Shown here in pieces: positions 49,725 through 63,644 of a DNA stretch of 64,000 nucleotides (positions are counted from its first letter, which is position 1; every line of letters starts with the position of its first letter). A program made the translations under genes and the position numbers. Under the pieces are notes generated by a model, which was not told the DNA's origin, did no database searches, and saw only the letters and a list, made by a program, of their open reading frames with translations. The stretch comes from Podarcis erhardii (Eukaryota): NCBI GenBank assembly GCA_964252035.1, contig OZ176209.1. One strand, written 5' to 3'.

Positions 49725-51079
49725 TACAAATGTTGGAAGCCTCTCTTGAGAGCAGGTATTTTTCTTCTATTTTGCACACCAATTTATCATGACATTTGAA
49801 CTTGGTGTCATGTGCCACTTGCTTTTCTGCTTTTAATAAGTGAAAAGTTATCTATATGCAATGTCTACATTTTGGTGAGGAAAGAGTTTATATAAATCTT
49901 AACCAGTCAGTTTTCAAGGTTGTAGAAATTTCTACAGAGCTTGGCTTTTCACGCTTGATATGTGAAAATAAATGTGCAATACTCAAAAAATAAATGGAAA
50001 TAAATAACAAATGTTTCAATCATTAAAAAATCATTTCTGATGGGAATAAGTTAACTGTTAAAGTCTATGCTTCAAAAGAGCTGTGTTCTTCTAACTTTTT
50101 TTTTTAAAAAAAAACCCCAAACCTAAGGGCATTATTGCTTTGAAATTTCCATGATTTCATGATAAAGTGAAGCAGGACAGGATAACTGGAGAGTCAGAGC
50201 CATAAACCATTCTCTCCTCCATTTTTAGTACACCTCTTAGTTCCAAGTCAGCCATATCTGTGACTTTTCAGAGCTCCCCAGTTGAAACCAGCTAGAAGAC
50301 TGATAGCTACAATTTGGCAGGATATTTCATTATAACAGAGTTTTAAGTAGCACTGGTCTCCAAACAATTTTTTTTTTTTTTAATGAAGGTGACATGGGTG
50401 ATTTGTTTCTGAAATCAATAAATATCTGAATGTTTTAAACAGAATTGTCCTAGGGATTTATTTATTTTAATGCTTTATGATTTGTTCCATAATTCAAGAA
50501 CTGCAGGGCAAGTTCAGTTAAAAATAAAAACGCATTATCATAATAAAGTCTACCTGTGCCCTCTTTACAAGGGGGGTCACTAGAAGCTACTTTTAAAATC
50601 TGTTGCTCCAAGCTTTAAAAAGTGAAAACCAGTCAAAGATTACCCTAGAACTTTGTGAAGCTTTAACTACAGTGTACATGCTTCTAGTATTACCTCAGCT
50701 TACAGGCCAATTCATGTATAATGACTTGCAAGCAAATCCCTAAGGGTGGTGTGTACTCTGAGTAAAACTTAGTTGAATACCACTCACTGCTTTCAATAAT
50801 AATAATAATATTTTTTTATTTATGGGACTTCCCCTTTCAAACAAGTGGGACCGAAGCTTTAATTTCAAGCACTGGTTCCCAATGGAACATGATGGAAATA
50901 TTTTGTTTAAATAATGGGTGAACGAAATGATTTTGAACACAAAGTATAACACAGACTCCTGGACTTTTTTTAAAAAAAATTCCCTTTTGTTAATGATATT
51001 ACAACTTTGGCCTCACTTTCAGATCCTTGCATATGCTTGTATGTTTCCGAGCACAATTCAGTGTTGATTTAAAGCCCTA

Positions 51080-51414
51080 AATTGCCTCGGCCCAGTATAC
51101 CTGAAGGAGTGTTTCCACTGCCATCATTCAGCCCAGATACTGAGGTCCGGCTCCAAGGACCTTCTGGTGGTTCCCTCACTGTGAGAAGTGAGGTTGCAGG
51201 GAACAAGGCAGAGGGCCTTCTTGGTAGTGGCACCCACCCTCTGGCACCCTCCCATCAGATGTCGAGGAGATAAGCAAGTATCTGACTTTTAGAAGACATC
51301 TGAAGGCAGCCCTGTATCGGGAAGTTTAAAAAGTTTGACAGTTTTTTATATTTTTATGTGTTGGAAGATGCCCAGAGTGGCTTGAGCAACCCAGCCAGAT
51401 GAGTGAGATATAAA

Positions 51415-51463
<49 letters not shown>

Positions 51464-51465
51464 GC
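51080..51465 (+). mobile_element. L2-clade LINE 3' end with (TAT)n tail
   Basis: Reverse complement of the same family sequence; (TAT)n at 51415-51463. Confidence 0.85.
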
Positions 51466-53110
51466 AATTGTCAAGCTCATCAGACATTAACCAATCCTCT
51501 CTTATATCAACACTACCAATGGGGTTTGACACACAGTAAGTTCCCATTCCAAAGTACCCTACTGCATATACTACAGAGATGAAATGTGTATGGCTGTTTG
51601 ACTCTAATATAACATATACTTAAAATACAATTTTCAGCTTATCAGCAATGCTCTTCAGAACTTCAAAAAGAACAGGTGAGGGCACACACTGAGCTGAATA
51701 TTCATTTTGGACACAGGCAGGACGTTGTGCGAGATTGCATATGAACCACGAGTAAACTTTCTATAAGCTAGAATCTAGACCAAGGCAGAGAGCAGCCATA
51801 AGTGTTCTCATTGTGTCAATTCACCTTAAAAGGGATGATGTATGTTCCAGGAAGAAAGGTGATCCTTCTTTCTTTGTAAGTGGTCTCACAATCAATCAGA
51901 AAGGAGAGGGGGAAAAGATACTTTTATAATAGATATTCAATCTTTGGGGACTTGAAAGCTATCTTGATATTTAAGCATTTCACAGTTTTTGTGCAGAGAC
52001 AAAAATTGAGTTGCTGTCCCTCACGCTCAGAGCATGTGAGGTAATAGTTCTGCCTACATTGGAGAAGGGCCCAATTAGCGGAGCTGATTCCTGCCTTGGC
52101 AGTCAATAGTCTGTCTATAAAGATATTTGGATGGCAGCTATTACATCCAATTAGCTATGTTTCTAACCCTCTCTTGTCTAATTGGCATTTAGAGTCAAAA
52201 CATCTGTTTGTTCTATCATACTTTCTTGAACTATTGGAAGTCATACCTACTGCATCAAAATGTGCTAATTTTTCCGTTTTACTTCATAAGCTTTCTCAAA
52301 GTACTTTATTTTCCCCCCAGTCTAATATTTTGAGGGTAAAAGATGCAAGACATAGCTATCTATAATTCTAAGTGTATCATTGACTCCTTTCAAATGAAAA
52401 GATGGGAATTGTGAAACCATTATTTTTGAAAATACAAAAAATATGGGAATAATCCATTTAAATTTGTGCCACATTCATGCCAATGATTTCAGTGGCAAAT
52501 ATACAAGTATTCACTTATCACTTCCACTGAAATCAATGTTGCTTAAAAATGCAAATCTAATTGGTTTGTACCCCATCTTCTTTAAGTTATACATAGAATT
52601 AATATTAGCTCAATGCATGTTCTCTAGAAAAATAAACTTTTTACTTCACATTTTACACTAAATATTTAAAATTTTAGCACCACGTTGCACATTATAACAG
52701 TATAATATTTATTCACTGTGGGAAACTTATTTACTTTTAATATAGGGTTTTTATGTGAGAAAATTTAGCAAAAGAGAGACAGAGACAGAATAGAAACCAA
52801 TATAGTTTCCAACGTATTGTGAAATGTTTAATAAATACCTTCTTGCTTTTCAAAATACTACATATTGTTTGAGCTCTTAGTCAGTATTTCCAGCTCTTCC
52901 AGTTTTAACAATTAAATGAATGAGATAAGAATTAGCTCTCAAAACGAACAGGAAAACCCCACAATCTTAGTAATTAGACACAAGGAAAAGACTTGTTCAC
53001 TCGTTTAGGTAAATTAAAGAGATTTCAATAAGACAAAGCATGGCCCCTTCAGTACTGGAGTTGAGCTCCATCACAAAACAATCCGTAAAGTTAGGACATT
53101 TATTACTCAC

Positions 53111-53196
53111 ATACTATTGAAGAGCTCTCGGTATGTTTCGTCACCTTTGCCTTCTGACATCAAGCTATCCAATTTGTCAATCAGTTTTGCTTCCAC
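53111..53196 (-). CDS. DOCK4: DOCK4 coding exon (VEAKLIDKLDSLMSEGKGDETYRELFNS)
   Basis: ttacag/gtgagt; 86 nt, phase 0 to 2. Confidence 0.95.
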
Positions 53197-54431
53197 CTGT
53201 AAGTGACATATGTCTGCATGTAAAATGAGGGTATATACATTGTTGGCTAAACTATTAAAAAGGTTTTTGTTTTCCACAAAGGGCTTTCATGCACAACTGT
53301 CCTCATATGAAGAATTAAATATTTAAGTAAGATTCCTACATTGTTCCCATTCTTTGTAGAAATGATGTCACAGGAGCCTTCTCGTGTATGGCACATATGC
53401 AGCAATTTAAGAGCAGCAACATGACTTTAAACTACAGGCGTTTGCTGCTGCTAAGGCAGCTATTTATGGAGCCAAACAAATGTAGCAGACAACTTAACTC
53501 CCCATCTCAAAATTCCACCCCAGGCTGCAAATGAAAGACAACTATATGTATATCAGCATAAAAGCCTCTCTCTTTTTTCTTCCCCATTCCCCTTCTCTAA
53601 ATCCCTAGATTAACATGATCATAACCCGCCTGCCTCTTTCAGCGCTGGGTGAGAAAGAGAAATCTACTGCTACGGAAACCTACCCTTCCTCCAATAGTGC
53701 TTGGACGAGTGAAAGATGCTCTTAATTTTCAACCCAGCAAACAAGAGCATTTAGGGAAATATGAGTTTGGTAGCTAAGGACCATTGCTTAAATACACACA
53801 CGGCTGTGTTTGTTATCAAGAAAATGTAGCAAGGTGGCTCTTTGCAGTTAATATTGCATCTGTAAATTGCCTCCTGTACAGTAATAAAGACAATTAGTGA
53901 ACGAAAAACCCAGAGAAAAGGCTTGCTGTAGAATTATTAAGGAATGAATGATAGCCGGCATCTTTCATGATAATGAATAATGCACAGATAAATATGAATG
54001 CTTGTACCCTGTTTATATGAAAACTGTTATCCCTGATAGAGTAACTGACAGTTTATCATAGCCTGCTCATATTGCATTCACTGCACTCCACTTTCATTCC
54101 TTAATCTCCTCGCCCCCCCCCCCCACAAGATATCTGTGCAAACTCCTCTCCAGTTATTTTGCCACTTCACTTCCCAAATTCAGACGCTGTGGCTTTGCTT
54201 CATTTGAAGCAGCAGGAAAGGGAACAGAGAGAAATGGTCTGAAGATACATCGAGGAGCAGGATACAAACTGCAAGAGCAGATGGCACATTTAGTACTTCC
54301 TTAGTTGGCATCTTCTAGACTGTTTAAGTAGCAAAAAAAAAGGATCTGGATTGTGACACGGCTTGACAAGTCACAAGGGTCAAGTCTTTGGAAGCGTGAA
54401 TATTGAGGCACGTTAGTGTGAAATCACAGTA

Positions 54432-54673
54432 CAGTGGTACCTCAGGTTACATACGCTTCAGGTTACATATGCTTCAGGTTACAGACTCCGCTAACCCAGA
54501 AATAGTGCTTCAGGTTAAGAACTTTGCTTCAGGATGCGAACAGAAATTGTGCTCTGGCGGCACAGCAGCAGTAGGAGGCCCCATTAGCTAAAGTGGTACT
54601 TCAGGTTAAGAACAGTTTCAGGTTAAGTACAGACCTCCGGAACAAATTAAGTACTTAACCTGAGGTACCACTG
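54432..54673. mobile_element. Tigger/pogo-like MITE, same family
   Basis: TA-cagtggtacctcagg ... cctgaggtaccactg-TA. Confidence 0.88.
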
Positions 54674-55439
54674 TAGATAGATAGAACCTTGCATTCACTA
54701 CTATCGTCCCACCCACCTCAGTTCAGTCCATAGCACATATACTGACACTTCCTGTAACAGGACCTTTCTGCACAATCATTTTTTCAAGCAATAAAAGTGC
54801 AGCCGTTACTTGTCTGTTGCAGAGGAGGCCAGACATTTTCTTTCCAGTTTTTTCTCCTGCTGCAGTGCCTTAGGATTTCAACCGCTGCCTGGAACATGAC
54901 TACATGCCACAGGCAACTACTGTTCTTGCCTGCAGTGAGTGGCATCAGCCAGCCATTCCATTCACTGAAGTTCATTTTAAAAGGAACTAGATGGATGAAT
55001 GGTTTGACTCAAGTTTCTTATGATCAAATCTAAAATCCTATCTACCAAATGCAATACACTACTCTCATCCACTTTCTTGCCATCGCTGCTCTCTTTAAAC
55101 ATTCATTTGCTATCTGTCCTGCTTCCTTTTATCATGCGAACCTTGTTCTAGCTACCATTTCCCTCTATGCTTGCAACTTCTCCATTTATGAAGCAATCTT
55201 CACCTTCAAATTCCTCCTCAAAATGCAGTTATTTCCGCTGCTATTTAATCCTCTGCTACTTGTTTTTAGCAAACCAAATCTCCTTTCTCTTTGCCCTGTC
55301 CATCATATCTTGGCACCAAGGCATTTCGGTTTTCCGGCCATATTCCCTTCAACACTCATGTGCACCTGTGATAGCAGCACTTGCCAATTGCCTTTGGGTA
55401 CAGCGGCACCTCCCACACCTGCAATCATCCAATGTTCCC

Positions 55440-55880
55440 ACAATAAAGTTTCGTATCCATTTACAGAGCCATGTTCAAGGTTCTCATATTAACTTACAAA
55501 GCCCTGAACACCTTAGGCCCAGGGTCAACCTCCGGGATCACCTGAACCCTTATATCCCAGCTCGATCACTGAGATCATCTGCAGGAGGATCGTTGGTCAT
55601 TCCTTGAGGCTCATTTGACAACAATAAGAAACCAAGGACTCAGCTACACAGCTGCAAATAAAACACTTCAAAACTGTGACACTAGATGGCAACAGTGAGC
55701 TACGCAAAATTCAACGTGTTTTTCAAAAACTTTTTTTTAAAAAGATTTTCACAGCTTTTTCTTTTATGTGTGTAGATTCTACCCAAGTCTTTAGTGTCCT
55801 CAGCCTTGTCCTGTGGAATATTCTGCCAATAGAGTTTTATCAAGTGCATTCTGTGTCAAATTTTAAATGCCTGCTGGAAA
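55440..55880 (+). mobile_element. Degenerate L2 fragments
   Basis: gttcaaggttctcatattaacttacaaagccctgaac; RSLRSS-like; cttgtcctgtggaatattctgcc. Confidence 0.6.
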
Positions 55881-55944
55881 CATTTCTGTCAGGGAATTAT
55901 TTCTCTTCTCTTAACCAGTTGATCAAAATAAAAAATAAAAATAC

Positions 55945-56093
55945 CTGTTTAAAGTTGCCACTGCGCCTTTGCTCCCAGTCCATCATGTCATGGAAAATAG
56001 GAATCATTACATTTCGAAGATCTGGTTGAGGTATCAGTGTCACTTCTAAGAACGGGCCAATCAGTGCTGGGATGAAGTGGACTTTGTGTTCCC
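55945..56093 (-). CDS. DOCK4: DOCK4 coding exon (EHKVHFIPALIGPFLEVTLIPQPDLRNVMIPIFHDMMDWEQRRSGNFKQ)
   Basis: tttag/gtattt; 149 nt, phase 1 to 0; inside ORF 55897-56151. Confidence 0.96.
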
Positions 56094-57544
56094 CTAAAAT
56101 GAAAACGAAGCCAGATTGACTTGAACTACATTCAGGGATGAAATACTGCAAAACAGAAATGCTATAACTGTAAGATGGATTGAGTTATTTGACGTCATAA
56201 AGATCTACAGTACGTTTTGTCCAATAACCTTTTCAGCGTCGATCATTTTATGAATAGATATAAGAGAAAGAAACCAAGGACAAGATAAAGATAGGCCTAA
56301 TCTTAGACATGGATGAGACTGCTCATGTCTCACAGAGATTTTGAGACTGGGATGTGGAGAAAAAATAGCTCGGCCTTCTTGAAGTGTTTTCCTAAGAAAT
56401 GGGTCTCTCCACCAAACCAATTTGCACTAACTTGTTAACTGGAATGCAACATGAATCAAACGGGACTATGAAATAAATAAAATCCTCAAGAAACAATGAT
56501 CAAACAGGACTAGAAGCAAAGATTGCAAAGTACATGTTTTCTAAAAGGCCAGTTTTGTGTTAAAGGTACAAGATGTTCTGGCATTCTTGTATCTGAATCT
56601 TCAGAGACTGGAGCAAGTGTGAGTACCTACCTGAATGTATATGCACATCAGGTAGAGGCAAAAAAGTGCACCCACCCTCCATTTTGTAGTCACAACAATG
56701 GAAGTGCAAATTTCACCTGTTGAAAAGGAAGCTGGCACTTAGCTTTTTGAGGGGGGGGGAACGATGAATCCCTTTACAAACAAAAACAAAACAACTTAAG
56801 GGTGAAAGTTGCCCACTAAGAGTGTTTCTTTAATTGGAATTAAAGAAGTTTTATTAATTTGAGAACCGCCCTATGGTCCATGAAGAAGTTACTGAAATAC
56901 GTTGGCTGAAGTAACATAATGTTCTCTCTGGCAACAAACTAGTATTACCCATCAGATTAGCAATGTTTTCTAATCTGCATGGATATGGCAGCAAACAGAT
57001 GAAGTAATCCCTGCTAATAGCACCAACAGATAGAGAGACCCAGGCATGGGTTGTGGCGCACAACATGCACATTGTGTTGCTTCAATATAACCCTTCACAT
57101 TATATTCACATATAATTGGTTTGGCACCCTTCAGAGTCTTGTTATTTTCCATTACGAAACTTGACAGCAAATTCGCTCGTGGGAGTATTTTCAAGTTCTC
57201 TATAATGTATGTGTTTTCAAAATACAGAAGATCAATACATGACTCTTTTTTTCTAGGTGGGGGAAGGTTACAAGAGCTTATCTGCATTCCAAACAACACT
57301 GGCAGTTCCAGTAGAATATAATATAATACTGTATGCCACTACAAACAATGTATAATGAACACGCAAATAAAAATGATGATATTCCTAAGGATCCCGTGAT
57401 AAGAGCTAGGCCTGAACCTTGGAGCTGAACGACAGTAACTCACAAATCCAAAGCATATCCCCCACCCAGATTATGGGGGGGGGGGGGGCAGCCTCCCAAG
57501 CCAGCAAGGGCCAGCACAGGTGATACAGCCTCCTTTTGAAAATA

Positions 57545-57714
57545 ATAATAATGAACAAATTCCTATGACCCACAAATAACCTAGAGATGCATTTAAAATA
57601 AATGCACTCATTCTACTCATGTAAAAACACGCTGATTCCCGGACCGTCCGTGGACTGGATTTAGAAGGCGATTGGGCCGCATCCAGCCCACGGGCCTTAG
57701 GTTGCCTACCCCTA
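57545..57714 (-). mobile_element. Partial copy of the same hAT MITE
   Basis: Reverse complement of 14599-14740 (gggccttaggttgcctaccccta). Confidence 0.8.
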
Positions 57715-58046
57715 GTCTAAACCACTGAGCCTCTTGGGCTTGCCGATCAGAAGGTTGGCAGTTTGAATCCCCGTGAATGGGTGAGCTCCCGTTGCTCGGT
57801 CCCTGCTCCTGTCAAACCTAGCAGTTCGAAAGCCCATCAAAGTGCAAGTAGATAAATAGGTACAGCTCCAGCGGGAAGGTAAATGGCATTTCTGTGCGCT
57901 GCTCTGGTTTTGCCATGCTGGCCACATGACCCGGAAAAACTGTCTGCAGACAAACGTTGGCTCCCTTGGCCAGTAAAGCAAGATGAGCGCCACAACCCCA
58001 GAGTCGTCTACGACTGGACTTAACTGTCAGGGGTCCTTTACCTTTT
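57715..58046 (+). mobile_element. Sauria SINE lacking its first ~20 nt
   Basis: Starts at gtctaaaccactgagc, directly abutting a hAT MITE end. Confidence 0.88.
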
Positions 58047-59281
58047 TATCTTTCAGTATAATGTGCCCTTTTATTTCATTGGACTATTTTTGGCAAAGTA
58101 CAATTATCTTCCCTCTGGATTTAACATACCATTTGTGTCTACTACAATCATAATTCAGTAAATTCTATTAACAGTTTTTTAAAAAAACAAAACCTAAACT
58201 AAACCCACCATACACACATTTTATAGAACATTGCCTGCCCATCATTTGGGGCATATATATCATCATCATCATCATCATCATTTTCCAGCATCTGTCAAGG
58301 AAGAAGCAAAACAATATTTCCACGTGGATCTGCATTCCATCCCACCCCCTGTGATTCATAAAGCATGTGAGTTCTGCATTTTAGCTAATATTTCATTATG
58401 GACCATATAAACCTTGTTTGTCAATAGTCTGATCAGCAAACAAGCATTCAAAATTACTTATTGACTCAAGTTTTAGAACTGAGTCTCTACGCCTCTAGGA
58501 GGTGTATCTGGCACCTTCATTATACAGTTTCTGGAGAATCCTGAAGACTCTCCTTTTTGCAGTGGCTTTTGACACTTCAGGTGTACTTATTTCTGTAATT
58601 GTAAGTTGCTGTAAACTGTTTTTAATATTGTGTTGTAATGCTGCGTTTTAATGTTGTCACTCACTCTGGGACCTTAGGGTGCGGGGCGGGTAATAAATTT
58701 AATAATAATAATAATCCTAAAAAGTAAACTGAGGTGAAGTATCCAATACTCAATTTTCTCCTTTTGCCACTTAATCATAAGTTGCTTACCAAAATTTCTT
58801 ATCAAATTCATAAACCTTAATCAAAGACTATTTATACTATTTACAAGCAATCATAAACAAATTCAAGTGAATAAAATCATTTCGTGGTGACATGGAATAA
58901 GCTAATAATTAACCCCTTTCATAAGCTTCAGTAAAATGTGTATCTTAATCCAAAATTAAAATAGTAAAAGACAACTAGCTAGAACCATCATTAATTCATT
59001 GATATTGTAATTCATTCAGCAATAAGTTGTAATTCATTCAGCGTTAGGGTAAAATAACCTTATCCAAAATGAAGCCATTCATTAATGAGTTAAATAAGGC
59101 GGTCCTTCATTAATGACCCTGCTAAATATAGTCATTAAAGGTTAGCTTCTTTAGCATGTAACCAAAGTGCATTAACCAAATATCCAAAGAACTGAGATGA
59201 ATCATTTAGATGTGACAACAGAATATCCTCAAAAAAGGTGTCCTTGTTGCTATTAAAGAACAGTGAATAGATAATTGTGTA

Positions 59282-59720
59282 GGGAGCAATCCTATGCCTG
59301 AGAAGCTGGTGTGAAGCAAGCCAGTGTAAATTAAGCTGGCATAACGTTATGCCAGATCCAAACCTGTTCAGCAGAGAAATTGCTGCTGCTCTACTTAAGC
59401 CTGGCAGAAAGAAAGAAAGCCTTTAAAACAGTGCTCTGTGCTGGGTTCCCAGGTCACGTGACTGAGCTGAACAAGCTTGGGATTGAGCCTAAATCCCTGC
59501 TCTCTGGGTCCAGCACACCACACCCCCTTGCACACCACTTTTTTGGGGAATTCCAGCAGCCTTGACTCAGCCAGCTTTGGTCCTGGCTGAGCCAGGATAG
59601 GAAAGTTATGCCAGCGTATATTTGGCTGAGCCAGAGTTGGCAACTTAATGCCAGCTGAGCCAGGTATATGAGATGGAGATGTGCCCTCATCCCAGCACAT
59701 CTTGCCATAGGATTGCCCTC
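59282..59720. mobile_element. Probable non-autonomous DNA transposon (TIR GCAATCCTATG)
   Basis: gagcaatcctatg ... cataggattgccc; internal ctgagccag and tatgccag repeats. Confidence 0.5.
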
Positions 59721-60151
59721 TGAATCAGTTAATCAATTGGATGGTTAATCAGTGGGGCAATTAGTTAAGAGATTAGCAGCCTTTTATTGACTCCAATTAG
59801 TCATCTAGGTAACTGGCTTGTTGTTAAGTGGTAAGCAGTCTTTTATACTTAGGGGAGGGAGAAATTACTCTGCAATAAATCATTTAGTCTAGAGATACTT
59901 ACCCAATGCTACAGCATATTAGTCTCTTAAACTGTCAGCTGCACCACCAAGTCAATTAGCTTTGTAACAAACAGGATTTTATTGGCTCATTATTACCATT
60001 TGCATCTTTAGACTTCAGCATCTTGCAAGCAAGGTTTCTGAACCAAACATCTTCCACATCTTTTGGCAAAGCTGGAGATGCTTAAACGCCTTGGCAGTGT
60101 TAGAAGGGGTGGTCTAATCACACTGTTGCCATCTGTCCTCTTTAGAGTATT

Positions 60152-60285
60152 ACAGAATCATAGAATTGTAGAATTGAAAAGCATCACAAGGGTCATCTAA
60201 CCCAACATCCTGCAATACAGGAATCTTTTGCCCAACGTGGGGTTCGAACCCTGAGATAGTCTCAACCTCTATGGACTGAGCTATT
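60152..60285 (-). mobile_element. tRNA-derived SINE with CR1-type 3' tail
   Basis: rc: atagctcagtc...gggttcgaacccca...tagatgaccctt...ttctacaattctatgattct. Confidence 0.65.
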
Positions 60286-60744
60286 TCTGAAAGCAGGGGT
60301 GGGGTATTGTGGTTCTCCAGATCCTGTTGGACTACAGCTCCCAGCACCCTCAGCCAACATGGCCAATGGGCAGGGACCTTGACAGTTGTAGTCCAGCATC
60401 TGCAGGACCACCCAACCTTCAAGAACCTGGGACCATCTAGACCTGGTAAAGCAGAAACTGACATAAGACCCTTGCCAAAATTCTCAGCTCCACACTGTTA
60501 TTTGCAATGGGTAAGAAAGATACAGGGAGAGGGAATCTGCATTCTTCCTCCTTCTCCAGCCTCAATTTCCACCCATGTGTTTCTTAGAAGAGCAGGGATT
60601 GTACAATCCTGCAGGAAGGGAGAGTGGCAACTGACAGAGGAAGGCTCTCACCGCAGTTCCTGACTCCATCCGACTATTTGGGTGTTTGGAATTAACATTG
60701 CTTGTGCCTTTGTAGTCTAGAGCGGAGGAGGAGTGATGGTTGAT

Positions 60745-60988
60745 AACAAGAAAAGTTTGGATTTGATATCCCGTTTTATCACTACCTGAAGGAGTCTCAA
60801 AGCGGCTAGCATTCTCCTTTCCCTTCCTCCCCCACAACAAACACTCTGTGAGGTGAGTGGGGCTGAGAGACTTCAGAGAAGTGTGACTGGCCCAAGGTCA
60901 CCCAGCAGCTGCATGTGGAGGAGCTGGGAAGCGAACCCGGTTCCCCAGATTGCGAGTCCACCGCTCTTAACCACTACACCACACTGGC
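60745..60988 (-). mobile_element. Squam3-like SINE, second copy
   Basis: Near-identical to 18070-18309. Confidence 0.85.
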
Positions 60989-61328
60989 TCTCTCAACAAG
61001 CAATATATTGATTAGAATGATCAACTTCAAGGTATGATAAACCCTCTGCAGATGTGCCACGAAACTGCATTCACCAGATGTTAATGGTCACTGGTTTACC
61101 ATAATCCTTCAAAACAGTGTATTAATAAGTACTGCCTCCAAATTTAAGGATATGGAAGCAAGTGCAAGCTTTCAGGATCCACACATAAGATCTGTTTCAC
61201 TTCTGAATCTTCATTTGTTAAGGCTTACATACTGTAGGTCACGCTTTTGCACAGTTTTCTAAGTAAAGCAACTCCAGTTTTTATACATATATATGGATCG
61301 GGATCCTAAGAAAAACCAAAAAGCTTAC

Positions 61329-61387
61329 CTAAATTTTGCCACATGCTGAAGATTTCACATCCCATTGTCACCCGCATATCGCCGTAT
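61329..61387 (-). CDS. DOCK4: DOCK4 coding exon (YGDMRVTMGCEIFSMWQNL)
   Basis: cacag/gtaagc; 59 nt, phase 2 to 1. Confidence 0.95.
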
Positions 61388-62214
61388 CTGTGATATATTT
61401 TTAAAAACCAAAGATTATTTGGCAGATCATTTCACTATATCATAAACCAGTGTATCATGAACTGTATCATAAACCAAAGAAGGGCAACTGCTGTGCATTT
61501 TGCTCCTGGAATTTGAGTACTTGTAGAATATGTGGCTGAGCAATCCTGCTCCTGTCAACCTCCTGATCATAGGACAGAATAATGTTTTTAACCGAAATTG
61601 CTTCTAGAGGTGTTTTTTTAATTGGAATTATTTTCAGAATGTGGCCCAGCTATCAGGTTGCAATGTAATATAGAGTTCTCACAAGATTACACAGACACGA
61701 TAGCTGGAATTCCAAGGGGTGTGCTTGCATGGAAGAAAACTGCAGTCATAATGATGTCTTCCTTCTCCCTCCCTGCCATAACAGTTCCTACTGCTAAAGA
61801 GGTAATGAGGCCTTCAGTTTAAAAAGCAGCATGTGTCTTCAGCAGTGGGGATCACTGCAACAAAACAGTGAGGGAAAATTTGAGCTATACATATAGTTAT
61901 TCTCACAGGCACACTTTCTTTCTTTGATTCCTGATGTGTACTTCTTCTGCACATCGACCCCATTCCTTGCATTAAACAGGAACTACATAACTTAGAATTA
62001 AGATGGACCAGGCAGATTTCATCCAAGAGCTTGGATGGTTCGTACAGAATACCCAAAGTATTCCTTTTCTTTTCTTTTCCTTTTCTTTTCCTGGCAAGGG
62101 TCATGCAAGTTATGTCAGCAATAAATTCAGCTGTTAAGAATTGCTTACTTTGCATAATAAAGAGTAACAGAAATATTGGGTGCTCTCTAGTTCAATAGTG
62201 ATAGTGATACTTAC

Positions 62215-62315
62215 TTTTCTAACACCTTTTTCTTCTTGGATGGGGTAAACATCTCTAACTGCAGGCATAACTGGTTTATAAAAATGACAGCCAGGTAAAA
62301 GTAGGAATCCCATAT
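62215..62315 (-). CDS. DOCK4: DOCK4 coding exon (IWDSYFYLAVIFINQLCLQLEMFTPSKKKKVLE)
   Basis: ttccag/gtaagt; 101 nt, phase 0 to 2. Confidence 0.95.
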
Positions 62316-62334
62316 CTGGAAGTAAATAAATACA

Positions 62335-62347
62335 GAAGAAGAAGAAG

Positions 62348-62379
<32 letters not shown>

Positions 62380-62830
62380 GTAGTTTGTTATTCATATCCT
62401 GCCCATCTGGCTGGGTTTCCCCAGTCACTCCAGGCAGCTCCCAACAGAATATTAAAAACACAATAAAACACCAAACATTAAAAATTTCCCTAAACAGGAC
62501 TGCCTTCAGATGTCTTCTAAAAGTCAGATAGTTGTTTATTACCTTGACATCTGATGGGAGGGTGTTCCACAAGGAGGGCACCACTACCGAGAAGACCCTC
62601 TGCCTGGTTCCCTTCAACTTCACTTCTTGCAGTGAGGGAATCGACAGAAGGCCCTTGGAGCTGGACCTCAGTGTCCAGGCTGGACAATGGAGGTGGAGAT
62701 GCTCCTTCAGGTATACTGGGCTGAGGCTGTTTAGGGCTTTAAAGGTCATCACCAACACTTTGAATTGTGCTCGGAAATGTATTGGGAGCCAATGTAGGTC
62801 TTTCAGAACCGGTGTTATATGCTCTTGGTG
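62335..62830 (-). mobile_element. L2-clade LINE 3' end with (TTC)n tail next to a DOCK4 acceptor
   Basis: HITPVLKDLHWLPIHFRAQFKVLVMTFKAL; (GAA)n at 62335-62377. Confidence 0.9.
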
Positions 62831-63568
62831 GCCGCAAACACAAAGTGTGGTTGTTTCCCTCCTATTAAGAGATACTACAGCTACGATTGCTATATTTTGA
62901 GGAGCCAAAAATAGGACACATTTGCCAACTTCCGCTTATAACTATAGATTGCTTTGACAACTCTACTCATGAAAAGGAGGATGTGTCCTGGAAAAAGAGG
63001 ACATATGGCAATCCTAGCTGAGCAACACCATGGTGACCATGATTTAGATGTATGCTGCCATGAGTGCTTTAAAAAAAAAAAAAAAGTAAGTGGGACATGT
63101 TTATAAATAAATAAATTAGTGCAGGGGGATGCTGGGAAGGAAAATGTTTGTTAAGATCAAAAGTTCCAATGAAACACATATTAACACCACGAGCAGGTCA
63201 GTAAATACAACACATATGTCCACGAACAAAACTAAAAAACTCTTTAAAAATCAGAATAACTAAGAAAAGGTACAGGCAGCTGGATAACCTAAAATGCAGA
63301 TCATTCTAAAACTTCCAAATGAACTAAAATAGAAGTCCTACAAAGTCATATTCTGAAAGACTTTCAGCACAGGATTGCGATCCTCTAATCATTGATCAGC
63401 CTAAATCTGTGGCAGTACTATTGCTTACCCAGAGACTACAGGAAGGGAATGAAATTTAGGAGAGCTCATTGCACTGGAAGCCCAGCGTAGCAACAGAGGG
63501 GAATGGAAGATACCAACAGACATTTAGGAGGAAAAGATCGTTATTACGGAAGCCAATCGCTAGCTTAC

Positions 63569-63644
63569 CTTGTAATCAAAGCTTTCATTTAAGAAGTTTT
63601 TACGAAGGGCATCCGAAAGATATAATACTGTTGTAATAATAACA
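63569..63644 (-). CDS. DOCK4: DOCK4 coding exon (VIITTVLYLSDALRKNFLNESFDYK)
   Basis: ag/gtaagc boundaries; 76 nt, phase 2 to 0; translation matches recalled vertebrate DOCK4. Confidence 0.93.

Noticed and set aside
55049-55607. 147-aa and 146-aa plus-strand ORFs
   Set aside because: Pyrimidine-rich composition; the 3' part is an L2 remnant; no motif
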